Positions 1-12,300 of a stretch of 64,000 nucleotides of DNA are shown one piece after another. Within the stretch, counting starts at the first letter, position 1. Each line of letters opens with the position of its first letter. The translations under genes were made by a program, and so were the position numbers. The stretch is taken from the NCBI GenBank assembly GCA_002633005.1, contig NMRA01000293.1, forward strand, positions 147,198-211,197. The letters are read 5' to 3'. The notes beneath the pieces were generated by a model that had not been told where the DNA came from, searched no databases, and saw only the letters and a list, made by a program, of their open reading frames with translations. Source of the DNA: Phoronis australis (taxonomy: Eukaryota; Animalia; Phoronida).

Positions 1-16
1 AGAGTACACTAAAAGG

Positions 17-250
17 CTGGCCTGGTCCATCACGAGACCAAAAGTACACCTGTGCTTATTATCCCTATAAAAATAGTCGATCTGTCACGGGACCAAACAG
101 TACTGGCTGAGATAAATAGTTTTACAAAGCACACTTTGGTAAAAAAGCATCACAAGACTAGTTCGCCGAGGGACCAGAAGTACACTGAAACTCAATATCT
201 ACACAAATCAAGCTTGCCTGGTCCGTCGCGAGACCAAAAGTGTACTATGC
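17..250. repeat. Degenerate tandem repeat of about 60-75 bp with core (TGG)TC-N-CG(A/G)GACCA-AAAGTACAC
   Basis: Related cores at about 23-50 (tggtccatcacgagaccaaaagtacac), 77-105, 158-187 and 219-247 (tggtccgtcgcgagaccaaaagtgtac). The array probably continues left of the window. Confidence 0.55.
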
Positions 251-1649
251 AAAAAATTTTGAATTGAAAACTTCTCTCTAGACACTTTTTAATGCCCAGT
301 GGTTGCTCATACGTGTATTTTATACATATGGTCGTCAACTGCTGCGAGAGATTGTCTAGGAAGGCTTTTAGCACCGTTCTGTAGTACTCACTGGAAGAAA
401 CAAGTATTGAGTACCAATTAAACTGTGCACTACGTGAAATAGATTTTGGATATGAAGCAGACAGAGCCAAGTAGAAATACAAACCAGAATCAGTTTCTGT
501 GTGCTCATAGACCCTATCCTGTACTGGGTAAATTTGGCATGACCAAAATTATAAATTTTTATTTCGTTTTCATTGTACACAAACATAAAAAAACCAACAT
601 TATGTACAAACTGTGTAGAATTATAACTTATTACGAGGATGTTTCTCCAGGAACGTTAGTCCTATCCTGCTGTTGTCTGGACTGCTGAGGAATCTGTATA
701 TCGGATCCAATGGTTTGCTTGTCTTGGAACCATTCTACCCAGACATCTTTTATGTTTGTTCCCAACGCTTGCACTTCATCTACTGCTGTGTCAATGAGCT
801 TGTAAGCCTCTACAATCATCAGCATCTTGTTTCGCAGCTCAATTAGCACTAAGCCCCTGAGGTTGCCAAGTCTATTCAACAGACTTACATGCGCAACTAC
901 TAAATTTGACCCGTTCATCATGAACTACTTCAAACCTAGACGATGATGTATCCCAGGACCTATTTGCATCTCTTGCAATTTTCGGAATAAATGTCCCAAT
1001 GTCTGAACGCTTGAAATCCAAAGTACTTACATCAAATAAATGCCCATGGGCATGGGCATTTCATCGGGTGAGCCTTTCTGCAGAAATTCCCAGTATAGAA
1101 GACGGCAGTGGTGCTTATTACAGGTAGAAAGAAGGTAGGTGTTGAGGTTGGAACTAGAGCTCCTTAGGAGGCCTATTGAACATCGTACGAGTCCCGCAAG
1201 ACTTGCTGTTAAAATACAGCTTCCCCGCAATTTTTGGTACTGTACACTGTTCAATGCGGTCACTTTGTCAATGTGAATGCCCCCTTGGTCATTCTTTGTA
1301 TAGACATAACTTGTTAGAGTGCATCTTCAAACGGACTCGCGACAAGACCGCGGCGCCCACGACAATAGCAATTCTTTGGAAAACGAGTTCTTTTCAAAAA
1401 TATTACATGTACATGTATACTATATGATATTGCACAAGACAACTTTACAATACACCAGTCAAATTCGAGGTACAAATGTGTGGAGTATTATGGAATGACA
1501 CGGCATGACAGATGAGGTAAAAGCGTTGCATGTCAATTCGCCTGAATATCGGGGTTGCGGCACCGCAGTATTTCCCCTGATTAAATCAAAGCATATCTTA
1601 GAGTAAAGAAGCTAGTTACCTGAAGAAATCAGCTATAGCGCTGCTCTTT

Positions 1650-1983
1650 CAGCGGTGGATCCATCTAAAATGCTTGGCTACTTCTGAAGTGTCGACGGAA
1701 GCACACGTGCAATTGATCTCCGCGCGTTTTGCCGATGAGCCAAGAAGAATCGAAATGCGTTGATTTTCATAACAGCAATTCACAGTGCAAAAAATTGTAT
1801 TTTCAGAGTGAACCCCCCTCAATTTTTTTTCAAGTTGGTTTATTTGGGGTTTACGCATGCTTGCGGTGTCGTTTTTGTTTTGCTGGAGATGTTTTTGGGT
1901 TTTTTTATTTTTGGGTCCTGGCCCAAGGGGGGGGTTTAAACCCCCTGAAACCCCCCCCCCCCCCCCCCGTAGATCCGCCACTG
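1650..1983. mobile_element. GC-rich-terminus MITE (CAGTGGCGGATC...GATCCGCCACTG family), degenerate copy
   Basis: Left end cagcggtggatc (1650) and right end gatccgccactg (1972-1983) form an imperfect TIR with internal G/C runs. The termini match the elements at 34375 and 37951. No TSD is visible. Confidence 0.5.
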
Positions 1984-3339
1984 GTGTCTATGACAAACAC
2001 TTTAATTTTCCTTCTACTATTTTCTATTCAGTGCAACATCAAATTCCAGTTGTGATACACAGTGGCCGTAGACTCTACCTTGAATTCTTAATTATAGGAC
2101 ACACGGGGATCTAGGGGATCTAAACACATGGGAGGTGTTGATAAGCCCCCTCATAGTCCCTATCTGTTTTTATGGAAATAAGGGTTTAGTTTGCAGCTCA
2201 TGATGAAAGTAAAGTTATGGAAAAGTATAGCATTAGTGATAAATTCTACAAATGCGCTGACAATTTAGGGAATATGGTTGAGTCCCTGTTACTAGTAGGA
2301 CTGTTGCATGCAACCGGCCACATATGTCTGCAAAATTTGTTCATGTTCATGGACAATATATTCCGAGGATCTGCCTAGTAGTGTCAGATACTAGGTTCAC
2401 ATGAGTGGTGAGAATCCTAACAGTTTCATTGGTTAGAATGTTAAACGTGCTGTCAGCGAAGGGGTGTCATTTTTGCCAGTTAGTTTGTTTCCTTGCTACC
2501 CAAATCACTTAAACTAATATTTTAACCATCCATATCTTTCTGATAACCCATCGGACGCAAATTTTAGCTCCAAAAATATGTGGAACTTTCTCACATTGCT
2601 ACATTCCACTGATGTTTTACTGACCCTTGCATGTAAAGTACGACAAATTGTAAATGTAGCTCCTTGTTCATTTTACTCAATAGTCCTGCCAAATTCTCGA
2701 TAACTTTGTTTTCCAATGCCCACCCTCTGATTCTTGAGGTTCTTAATGAGGGATTTGCATATTTATTTTCCCATTAGAATTACTAGAAGCATGGTTCCCA
2801 TCTTTCCATGTGATTGTCTATCGTCAGTACGGGTTGATATGCTGACGAGTGCTGCATAAAATTTTGTTTTAAATGTGCTTTTGAATTGTATGCTTCTTTC
2901 GAAGCAAATGTACTAATTGCTTGAGACATGTGACAATGCACATAATTTGTGGAATTAAGTTGAAAACAGGTGGGTAATTATACACTTCTGTACGGGTGAT
3001 GTAGTATTCAAAGTTGCGTACATTTTGCGAAAATAGCGTAATTTCATTGTAACTGTTCAAATTTTCCATTTCATGCATGTCCCTTAGGTGTTTTCCTGTT
3101 GAAACTAAGAACAGGCGAATTTTTATACTCAGACTGTGTATGGAGAGATGAAATATTTTGTATAGTTACTAAAGTCTTTTATGGTAACCTTCCATGAACG
3201 TCACCCTTTTGTGGAGATTTTCCCCCTCACCAGAAAAAATTCTTTTAAAAGGCACAGGCATGTTTCCCTCATGTGACTGAGGGCCTTGGGATTGTAAGCC
3301 CACACGATCTCATTTTCATATGGTTCGTTACTGTTACAG

Positions 3340-6300
3340 ATAACATCGGACACTTCTGGCAAGTGACAGACTTCCATTATGACCCCAAGTATAGTCGCAC
3401 TGGAGTTGCCTCTCAAATGTGCCATACCCACTGGCGAGAGAAAGAATCTTTGGGGGAGTTCGGCGACTATAAGTGTGATGCTCCGTGGGCGCTAGTGGAG
3501 TCTGCCGTCAGTGCAATGAAGACAATAGAGTCCAAACCTGACTTCATTCTGTGGACAGGGTAATTAATAATAGTGTTTAGCTCAGCATGTGTCTGAGCAA
3601 TACAGGGTTAGAACTTAAATGAAATTGTGAGTTGACATTTTGTAATGATGCTTCAAATTTCGTCACTTTATAACTGTCTTTTTAGCCTATAAAGTATGCT
3701 TTTTTCCGAGTTCTTGTTGACTGAAGAATCTTATCTTATGCCTCTAAATATCTCGCCATCATTTATAATCAGGTGATTGTCATTTCGTTGAAAATTGTCT
3801 GTTTTAACATGGAAAATTTTGTATGTTTCTGTCAATATTCTGGGAAGGATACCTCAGATTTTTGATGTACTTCAAACAATGAGAAGGAAATTGTTTCATC
3901 ACCCCTTGTGTATTCTGGATAGCCCAGACCAGATTAAGTGATTATCATAACTAATATATGTACTCTTACAAGGTGTGTTATTTTCATAGAAATGAAACAC
4001 AACTTACATGAAATGTACCTCAATTTAGACAAAAAGTGAAAGACAATGAAATTTTACTAAGAAAAGTGTGCCCTTGTTTAAGTAGAAAATGCTACAAGCA
4101 CTTAGTGCCAGAATTACATGTGAGATGAAGTTGATAGGATCACAGAAATACCGTGCCAACTTTATTTTACTCTCACAGACAGACGAAGCCCTGGTAGATG
4201 TTCAGATAATGAACTGGAATCGTATTTTCAAACAATCCACAGAATGTTGAAGCCCTACATTCCGCCTCATCTGCCTTAAAATATACCTCTGCAAAGGTAA
4301 ACTGTTTGAATCATGCATATTATATGTGGGCGCATAATATTGCCGTCATCTCTCTCCGGGCATCAAGCGTCCATGGCTGTATCTCCTAAATCCCTTGCAG
4401 GATGTTATTGAAATTTGACAGGTGTGTTCCTATCTAGCTGACTACAGATGACGACTAGTTTCTGACCAATCTGAATAGCGCTGTGCCCCCTAGTGGCAAT
4501 TTATTTTATTCCCTTTGCCTCTGTATCATCGGAGTTCCTTGATGGATTTTCATGAAATTCGTTAAATTGGTTTTTAATAAGGAGGTGATGACGCCATTCC
4601 ATTTTGGGTCAGATTCAACAGATTTTACGCCACGTTGTGGCCATTTTTGTTATTTTTGCTTCTGTTTTCTGATGAGAAGGCCACGACTGACGTTGACCTT
4701 TGGATGGATCCGACTACTGTGTTGCCCCCTAATGGCAATTTTTTTGCGTTTGCGGCCGAATTTCCTTAACTCATTGAGCTTTTGTGAAATTTGAAAGATA
4801 TATTCCTATGTACTCGTCAACAAACAATAATGTGTGGAACTGATCCAGATACCACTGTGTCTCCTAGTGGCATAATTTTTTTTTACATTTGCCTCTGTAT
4901 CTTCGTATTTCAGAAATGTATTTTCATGAAATTCGGCAAATAGTTTTCTATTAAGGAGACAACATAGCCTTCCAATTTTTGGACAGATTTGATGTTTTCT
5001 ATGCCACCTTGTGACCATTTTTATTGTTTTTGTGTCAGTTTTCTGATGTCCACTTCCCTATCTGCCATACCTCGTAAAGGATCATTATGATAATTTACAG
5101 ATGTGTTCCTGATAACAGGGCCTCGTCTGAAGTTGACTTTCGGACATGTCCGACAACTATGTCACCTCCTAGTGGTGTCCGTGATTTTGCTTTTTGCATC
5201 TGAGGCTGAATCTCCTTGACCCTTTAAAGGAGCTTTGTGTAATTTGAAAGATGTGTTCCTATGGAGGCGACTACAAACGATAACAAATGTCGAACTATTC
5301 CAAATACCGATGTGACCCCTAGTGGCAAAATGCTTTTTTACGCCTACCTCTGTGTCTTTATAGTTCATTTATGCATTTTCATGAAATTCGGCGAACTTTC
5401 TATTAAAGAGATGGCGCCTTCCTATTTTCAGAAAAAGTTGATGTTCTCTTTCCCTCCTGGTGGCCATTTAAAAATTTCCGCATATGCTTTTGATGTCTGC
5501 CACTCTATCTGAAAATTGATGGTTGTGTTCCTGATGCGAAGACCCCAGCTGACATTGATTTTAAGATGTTGCTTTGTTGCATTGACGGCTGTATCTCCTT
5601 ACCCTTTGAAGGACTTTTCACAAAATATGGCAGATGGGCTCCTATAAAGATGGCAACAGGTGATGATGAGTTTCAGACCAATCGCACTATAGCTGTGCCC
5701 CCTAGTGACAATTGTTTTTCCATTTGCCTCTATATCTTAGGAGTTCCACGGCTTGTTTTCATGAATTTGGTAAGTTGTTGTGTATTACGACAATGACACC
5801 ACCTTCTCAATTTTGGATGGGCTCGACGCTTTCTGCACCATCTAATGGCCATTTTTGGGTGGGCTCGACGCTTTCTGCACCATCTAATGGCCATTTTTGG
5901 GTGGGCTCGACGCTTTCTGCACCATCTTATGGCCATTTTTGGGATACTAAAAACTCCCACAGAAGCACACCATTTGCGTTGCTATCTTTGGCGCATTTCA
6001 ATACTTGGCGTTGCTCTTGTTCCATTTTTCAAGGCTGATTACTTTGCAACAAATAATGCAAACTGTCCCTTCATGTTGTTTTACGGTAATACATCTGCAC
6101 AGTACAAACCGTGTTAGTACTAGACAGACACTTTCTTATGTTTTATTTTTGTGAAGAAATTTGATTAAACAGAAATTTATTTGTTGGCTATATTGTGGGT
6201 AAAGAATTATTATGTTTTAAGACCCTTTAACAGTGCCACAGGGAGGCCAAAACAAAATCTTTAATTCAATATTTTGGTCACAACCCTTGGTATTCATGCA

Positions 6301-9300
6301 TAAAACATATTTATTTAAACAGGTAAGCAGTCTGGGTACCCTCTTGAGCCAAGAGCATGGTTTTGACTTGATTTTTTCATATATGTATAGTTTCCATTCA
6401 ACACCCATTTTATTTGTGACAAGTCAATTCAAAAATTTGTTTCTTTGACAAAACCTGGGTTCATTGCCATCTTTATCTATTTCCTGCTTCAGTCTGTCGA
6501 CTCTGTTGCATTTTGCCTCGCACCACTTATGAAGAATGCATCGTTCATAATATTCGTATGTTTGTTATTCTTTTTTATTCATCCGCTTTGGCCAGTCGCG
6601 GCATGTGCCTGTGCAGGAGAATAGTCTGATATATCATGCCCATATTTTGAGAACCAGTTTGGTGCCCGTTATTCAGTTAAGAAAACTGGTTCTCATAATG
6701 CTTGCACATTATGTCCGACCATTACCCCAGTTCACACCTTTGAATATGTCCCATTTTTGCAGTGACTCCGTTCCCCACGTACCAGATGACACGCTGAGTG
6801 AAACCGAAAACGTAAACATGATCGGCAAAATCACCACTCTCTTACACGAACAGTTCAACAAGACGACTATATTCCCTTCGTTTGGAAACCATGACCCCTA
6901 CCCTAGTAACCAGATGCCGTTTCATTCGGATAAATATTTCAAAGATATTCTCACCACAAGTGGCTGGAAGACACTACTCCAGGACGAGGCTATCAAGACA
7001 TTTGAAAAAGGTGAGCTAAGTCTTGTCAATAAGAAGAACCTGTCAACGATGGTTAGTAATTGATGAACCAACTTCACATGCATTTTTTCCAAAATTCTGT
7101 TTCATAGTATTTTTGTTTCCTAGCCATGTTGGAAAATTGAAACTCGTTTCACTGCTATTGTGTGTTAACAGTAGGTGTTGTGTTTGCCCAGTTATGTAAA
7201 TTAATGCAGAGTTTTTACATTGTTTGTGCATTCAGTTTTAATTGTATCTCTACTTAAACTTAAAAATTCACTCTGCCAATTAAAGCTTCCGTCCAGCTCG
7301 AACTATCCTTTGTTGTGGAGGCCAGAAACACAGCATTCAGTAATTGACTTTATTTAGATTTGAAATATTGGGCACTTTTAAGTCGATTTCAACAAGCAGA
7401 GTGGAATATTGCACACCTGCAATACTTACCTAGCTTATCAAATTTCCAGGTGATAGGTACATTACTAACAGTAAATGTTTGTAGGGCTCGACATAAGCGA
7501 GTAAACACTCCAAAAAATGACAGAGTATAAAACACAGAAATAAGTAGAGAATTGCTCTCACTCATATGGGTGCCGAGCAGATGTACTACTTTTTTCTCTT
7601 CTTTTTTCGTCGCCACAGTCATGTGAACATTTCTGATCAAATTCATTTCCTCCTTTCAGCTGGTTACTACTCCACTCTATTGAATGCTCAACTAAAGGTG
7701 ATATCCCTGAATACACCTCTCTACTATAGTTCCAATCATTTGACCACCAATGTGTCAGATCCTGGAGATCAGTTTGCCTGGCTACAAAGTGAACTAACGC
7801 TCTCGCGAAGCAGGAAGGAAAAGGTATTGTATTACAATCGTTAAAACATTCTCCGTTGTTACGTAAAAATTGAGAATTGGTTGTTCTCATATCATCAGCT
7901 ATCTCTTTACAGTGTGGTGTTTACTGCACTGTATCAGGTTTTGTGACATTAAGCTTTTAAGAAGCTTTTTAGTGTCTACATTTCTAATAGACTTTGTTTA
8001 CATAAACATTGCAAAGGGAATTTCTTATAGCTACAGTAAAACCAAAAAAGTCTTTTGGAAGCAGACCAGCTAAAATGTCTGACCGTGACAGTTTTTCTCA
8101 TTCCAGCATTGCTGCTCATAATATCTAGCACATTGACTGTTCCTTTATGTGTTACATTTCAATTACAAAATTGCCTAGTATATACATGCTCTCTCTTTAC
8201 AAGCCGTGACCTTGTCACCAGCATTCTTTTCCATAATAGTACCATGCTGTACATTCATCCGATCCAGTATGGATGGTACACCTTTCTGACAAGACATTTT
8301 AATCCCTGCCTGTAATTCTGTTATGTCACTTTTCTATTTGTCTTATAATTATTTTCTATGGCATCTGTTTCCTTTGTGAACCCTCATGTACACCCCCATT
8401 TGGGTTGATAGGAATTCATATCAGGCTGATGTTACATTAATTATCATTGTGGCATCATTTATGGTAAACTTCTTTTAATCATTCATTATGATAATCAGAT
8501 GACAAGTTCCTTACTACTATAACGAATAATCAGATGACAAGTTCCAGGCAATAATAACAAATAACGAGACCACAATTAATCAGAGATTACAAATTCTTTA
8601 CAAATTAAGAGACATATTTTGAGAAAACCTGCAAAATGCGATTATTCAGGCAGACCAATTTTTATCTTTGAAAACAAAAATTAGTGTACGTGACAAAATG
8701 GTTTGGTTAAGAATCGTTACATGTTATTTTACCACAGAATCGCTTCTTTCACCAGGTGCCATAGTTCGATTTTGTGCCGCCCTGTTTCATGTAAAAAACA
8801 GGAAATTTGACTTTAGATATTGGTGATATTATTTTGTAGGGAATCTAATGAGCGACATCAAAAAATATTGTCTGTCTCCTGGATTTAAGTGTGGTTTTCT
8901 GAAATTGGAATTATTGTTTTGTTCTTTTACTGTTTGAATTATGTAAGAGAAATGTCTCATTTTTGCACAGTTTGCCAAATAATTGAGTGGGTTCTAGTCT
9001 ACTATACATTGCTTCTCTATGATGTTCACATATAGGCATGTGCTCAGGAATTTCCTGTTGCGTAAGCTGTGAAAACTTACTCCCACTAAGGGAGGGCCCC
9101 GGAAGCACCAACCTTAGTCTTACCGTAGAATTCAGGAGATCTCTTTAGCTTTGAAGGGACAAATTTAATTAACTATTATGGAACGATTACTCATTTCTCC
9201 ACACATGTAATGTTAATAGTAACTGTTTGGTCTGTCAAAATTGATGTCCAGAAACAGACTGCTCATCCTGGAATACGTTACTTCAGGAAGGAGCTGTCAT

Positions 9301-12300
9301 TAGGTTTGAGTGCTGTCTGGACGCTATTGACAACTTACTCCACATTTTCTTGTGCTCACTGTACTTGCAATAGGTGTTCATTGTCACACACACATTGACA
9401 ACTTCCGCCTTACACTGTCCTGGGGTAGGCTGTATGTCTGGACGGGACTAAAATGTGGTATAGGGCCGTATTGTTTAATTAAACAGTTTGCTACTACTTT
9501 CACTAAGGAGTTGTTGAAAGTGAACCATCATCTCACAGGCATTGTTTTTGAATTTAATTATATTATTCATGGTTAGGGTGTGGTATCCCCATTACAACTG
9601 CATGGTCAAAACTTTGAAATTTTGACAGGGTTCCGCCCACCTTTGAAAGTTTTCTTGAAAAAACCTTAAACATTCTATTCACATGCCATTCACACAAGTG
9701 TCTATTTACAGTAAGACAAGAGCATTATTCAGTTTAAAAAATTAATTTATTGACACAAAATATTACCACTTGGTTCCAAGTTTAAATAATAGCCATTTTA
9801 CAATGATTTTTCTGTTCCATAGAAATTTTGATTAAATAAATTAAAAAAGGGTTTTTGTGTTGGCACTGTCCATATATGTGATAGTTTGTTAAAGATGAAA
9901 TGAAATTTACTGCTTAATGTCTCTTTCTTAACCCAAGATGTTTTTTGATATTACCTAACCTATTCTGACAAATTATGAAACCCTTGAAATTTTCCCAAAG
10001 CTATGGCATTTCTGGAACCTCTCCACAAAATATGAAGACAGAGCAATTGTTGATGAATCTGAACTTAGATATTCTATGTATCAGTTTATATGTCTATAAA
10101 CTTTGACTTGGAATTCTATACATTTAAGTAATGTTTGTGTAAATTTGTAGTTAAAATTCTATGTATCGTTTATCTGTTCGTGAACTTTTCCAGTAGAATT
10201 CTGTGTACCAGTTTATATGTTCGTGAATTGGTGCTTAGAGTTCTATGTGCCAGTTTATATGTTCGTGAATTGGTGCTTAGAGTTGTATGTGCCAGTTTAT
10301 ATGTTCGTGAATTGGTGTTTAGAGTTGTATGTGCCAGTTTATATGTTCGTGAATTGGTGCTTAGAGTTGTATGTGCCAGTTTATATGTTCGTGAATTGGT
10401 GCTTAGAGTTGTATGTGCCAGTTTATATGTTCGTGAATTGGTGCTTAGAGTTGTACGTGCCAGTTTATATGTTCGTGAATTGGTGCTTAGAGTTGTGTGC
10501 CAATTTATATGTTCGTGAATTGGTGCTTAGAGTTGTATGTGCCAGTTTGTATGTTCGTGAATTGGTGCTTAGAGTTGTATGTACCAAATCTGAGGTGGAG
10601 CCATCTTAAGGTGGACGTAGTTAGAAACATTTATCTATTTGAATGAAACTGTTATCAGCATCAGCTCCAGAAGTCCATTTAACTTCAATAAGAGTTCTCC
10701 AGTTTGAAAATGTCTCTAAAACATCAAAATTCATGCAGAAATTGAATTTTCTAGATTACAAAAATTGGTCCAATGTTGATTTCAGTGTTTATCATATTTC
10801 TCAAATTTCAGAAAAGGCGTGTTTGTATAATCAAAGTATGAAAATAGACTTGACAGTTCACAAAAGTCATCAAAAATAACTGTTGACGCAGCGTTTTCAT
10901 ATGACCATGCTTCATGTTAATTGTTCATGTTGGCGTGATTTATATGTAGTCATCCGTGCTTCATCCGTTGTTCCGTTTTAGCAGTTTTACCTGTATGTAC
11001 TTTGATATTTCAAATGAATTAGGCTTCAGTGACTCGCGTCTGTTTACATTGAAGGGATGTTTTGTGCACCCTCATGTCTGTTTCCATTATTACCATCATT
11101 GCATGCAGTCTGTTGTCTAGGTATCTGTATCAATGCAGGTATCTGTCTCTCCGTCCACCTAGCCTTAGGAGAATTTTCTTGGAATTTGGCAAATTTAACT
11201 CTGGCAGAGACTGTGGTACTCCTGCCTGATATTGTACCCATTTGATTTGTGCTGCATTCTACAAGCATCAGTTTTCTTTTTTTTCAAAATTTATTTACTG
11301 AGTCACAGCGATTGTTATAGCTGTCTGCATTTCATTCACTAAATTTGTACTACAAACATTTTCTAATATAGCAATTGCATGTTGAAATTTGCTGTGTCAC
11401 TAAAGGTGGATACACAATATTTTGCACGTAAACTCGCAACGCCACCTACAGTTTTCATGTAACTTTGACAGGGATTATTGAAGCAGCGACATTTCACAGC
11501 GTTTTTTAATTCTTTGTTTTCACCAACCAGTCAAACTCTCAGTTGCCAGATGTTCAAGTGATTTACTTACTAAGTCCATTGTTGCTAAATGTCCATGAAG
11601 AAAAGAAATTGTATTTCATTTTTCTGCAACTCTGTCCACCTTAACCACCAGGAGTGGCTTTTGTTCTCGTATTTGAGGTGCATCACTTTGTGGATTATGT
11701 CACTAAGTTATGATGGGAAGTGTAGCTCACTGGCGGCTTGTCGTGGCAATCGAACCATTGTAATACTCCTGCACTTTGGTTCAAGACCGGCAAGTCATAG
11801 CATGAGAAGTGCATGTTTGCCTAACAAGTATTAAGAAGTTTTTAGTTCTAGGGATGTCCCTGCATGCAATTTGTAGTTGCTATAGTCAGTTTATTCAAAA
11901 TGTCCCGACTTATCAGTTTTACTGTTTTTTTTTGCCCCAAAACTTAGAAGTGTGATGTATTTGATTCTGCTCTGCACCCGTTCTGTATTAGTGTATTCAT
12001 TCTGCACAGTTATTGAACTCTATTGTACTTATCAATTCACCCGACAGGTGTTCATTGCTGGCCATGTCCCACCTGGGGTGTTCGGTAGAGTTAAAGATAT
12101 CATCTGGATGACCGACACATTCAACAAGAGGCTCATAGAGATAACTCAACACTTCAGTGATATCATCATCGCCCACTTGTATGGACACGAGCACACAGAT
12201 GGGTTTAGGATAATTAATGATGATAAAGGTTAGCACATGAGGATTATATATGGGTGACCAAGTGCGGTCATAAACTATGGTAAACGTCTGGCAAATTTTA

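Noticed and set aside
368-1400. Minus-strand stretch with several short ORFs that look like a decayed gene, including a frame with repeated TGA codons
   Set aside because: No recognisable domain. TAG and TAA stops occur in the same frame, so selenocysteine or readthrough is unsupported.
1990-2390. Hydrophobic short ORFs (MTNTLIFLLLF..., MVESLLLVGLL...) as the SMPDL3 signal-peptide exon
   Set aside because: No convincing phase-1 donor before their stops, so the first exon was left unassigned.
5712-6117. ORFs with 14-aa repeats on both strands
   Set aside because: These are translations of the 42-bp tandem repeat within a non-coding element.
10135-10609. Periodic repeat as a CRISPR array or repetitive protein
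   Set aside because: Units are head-to-tail with no unique spacers, there are no cas genes, and the context is a eukaryotic intron.
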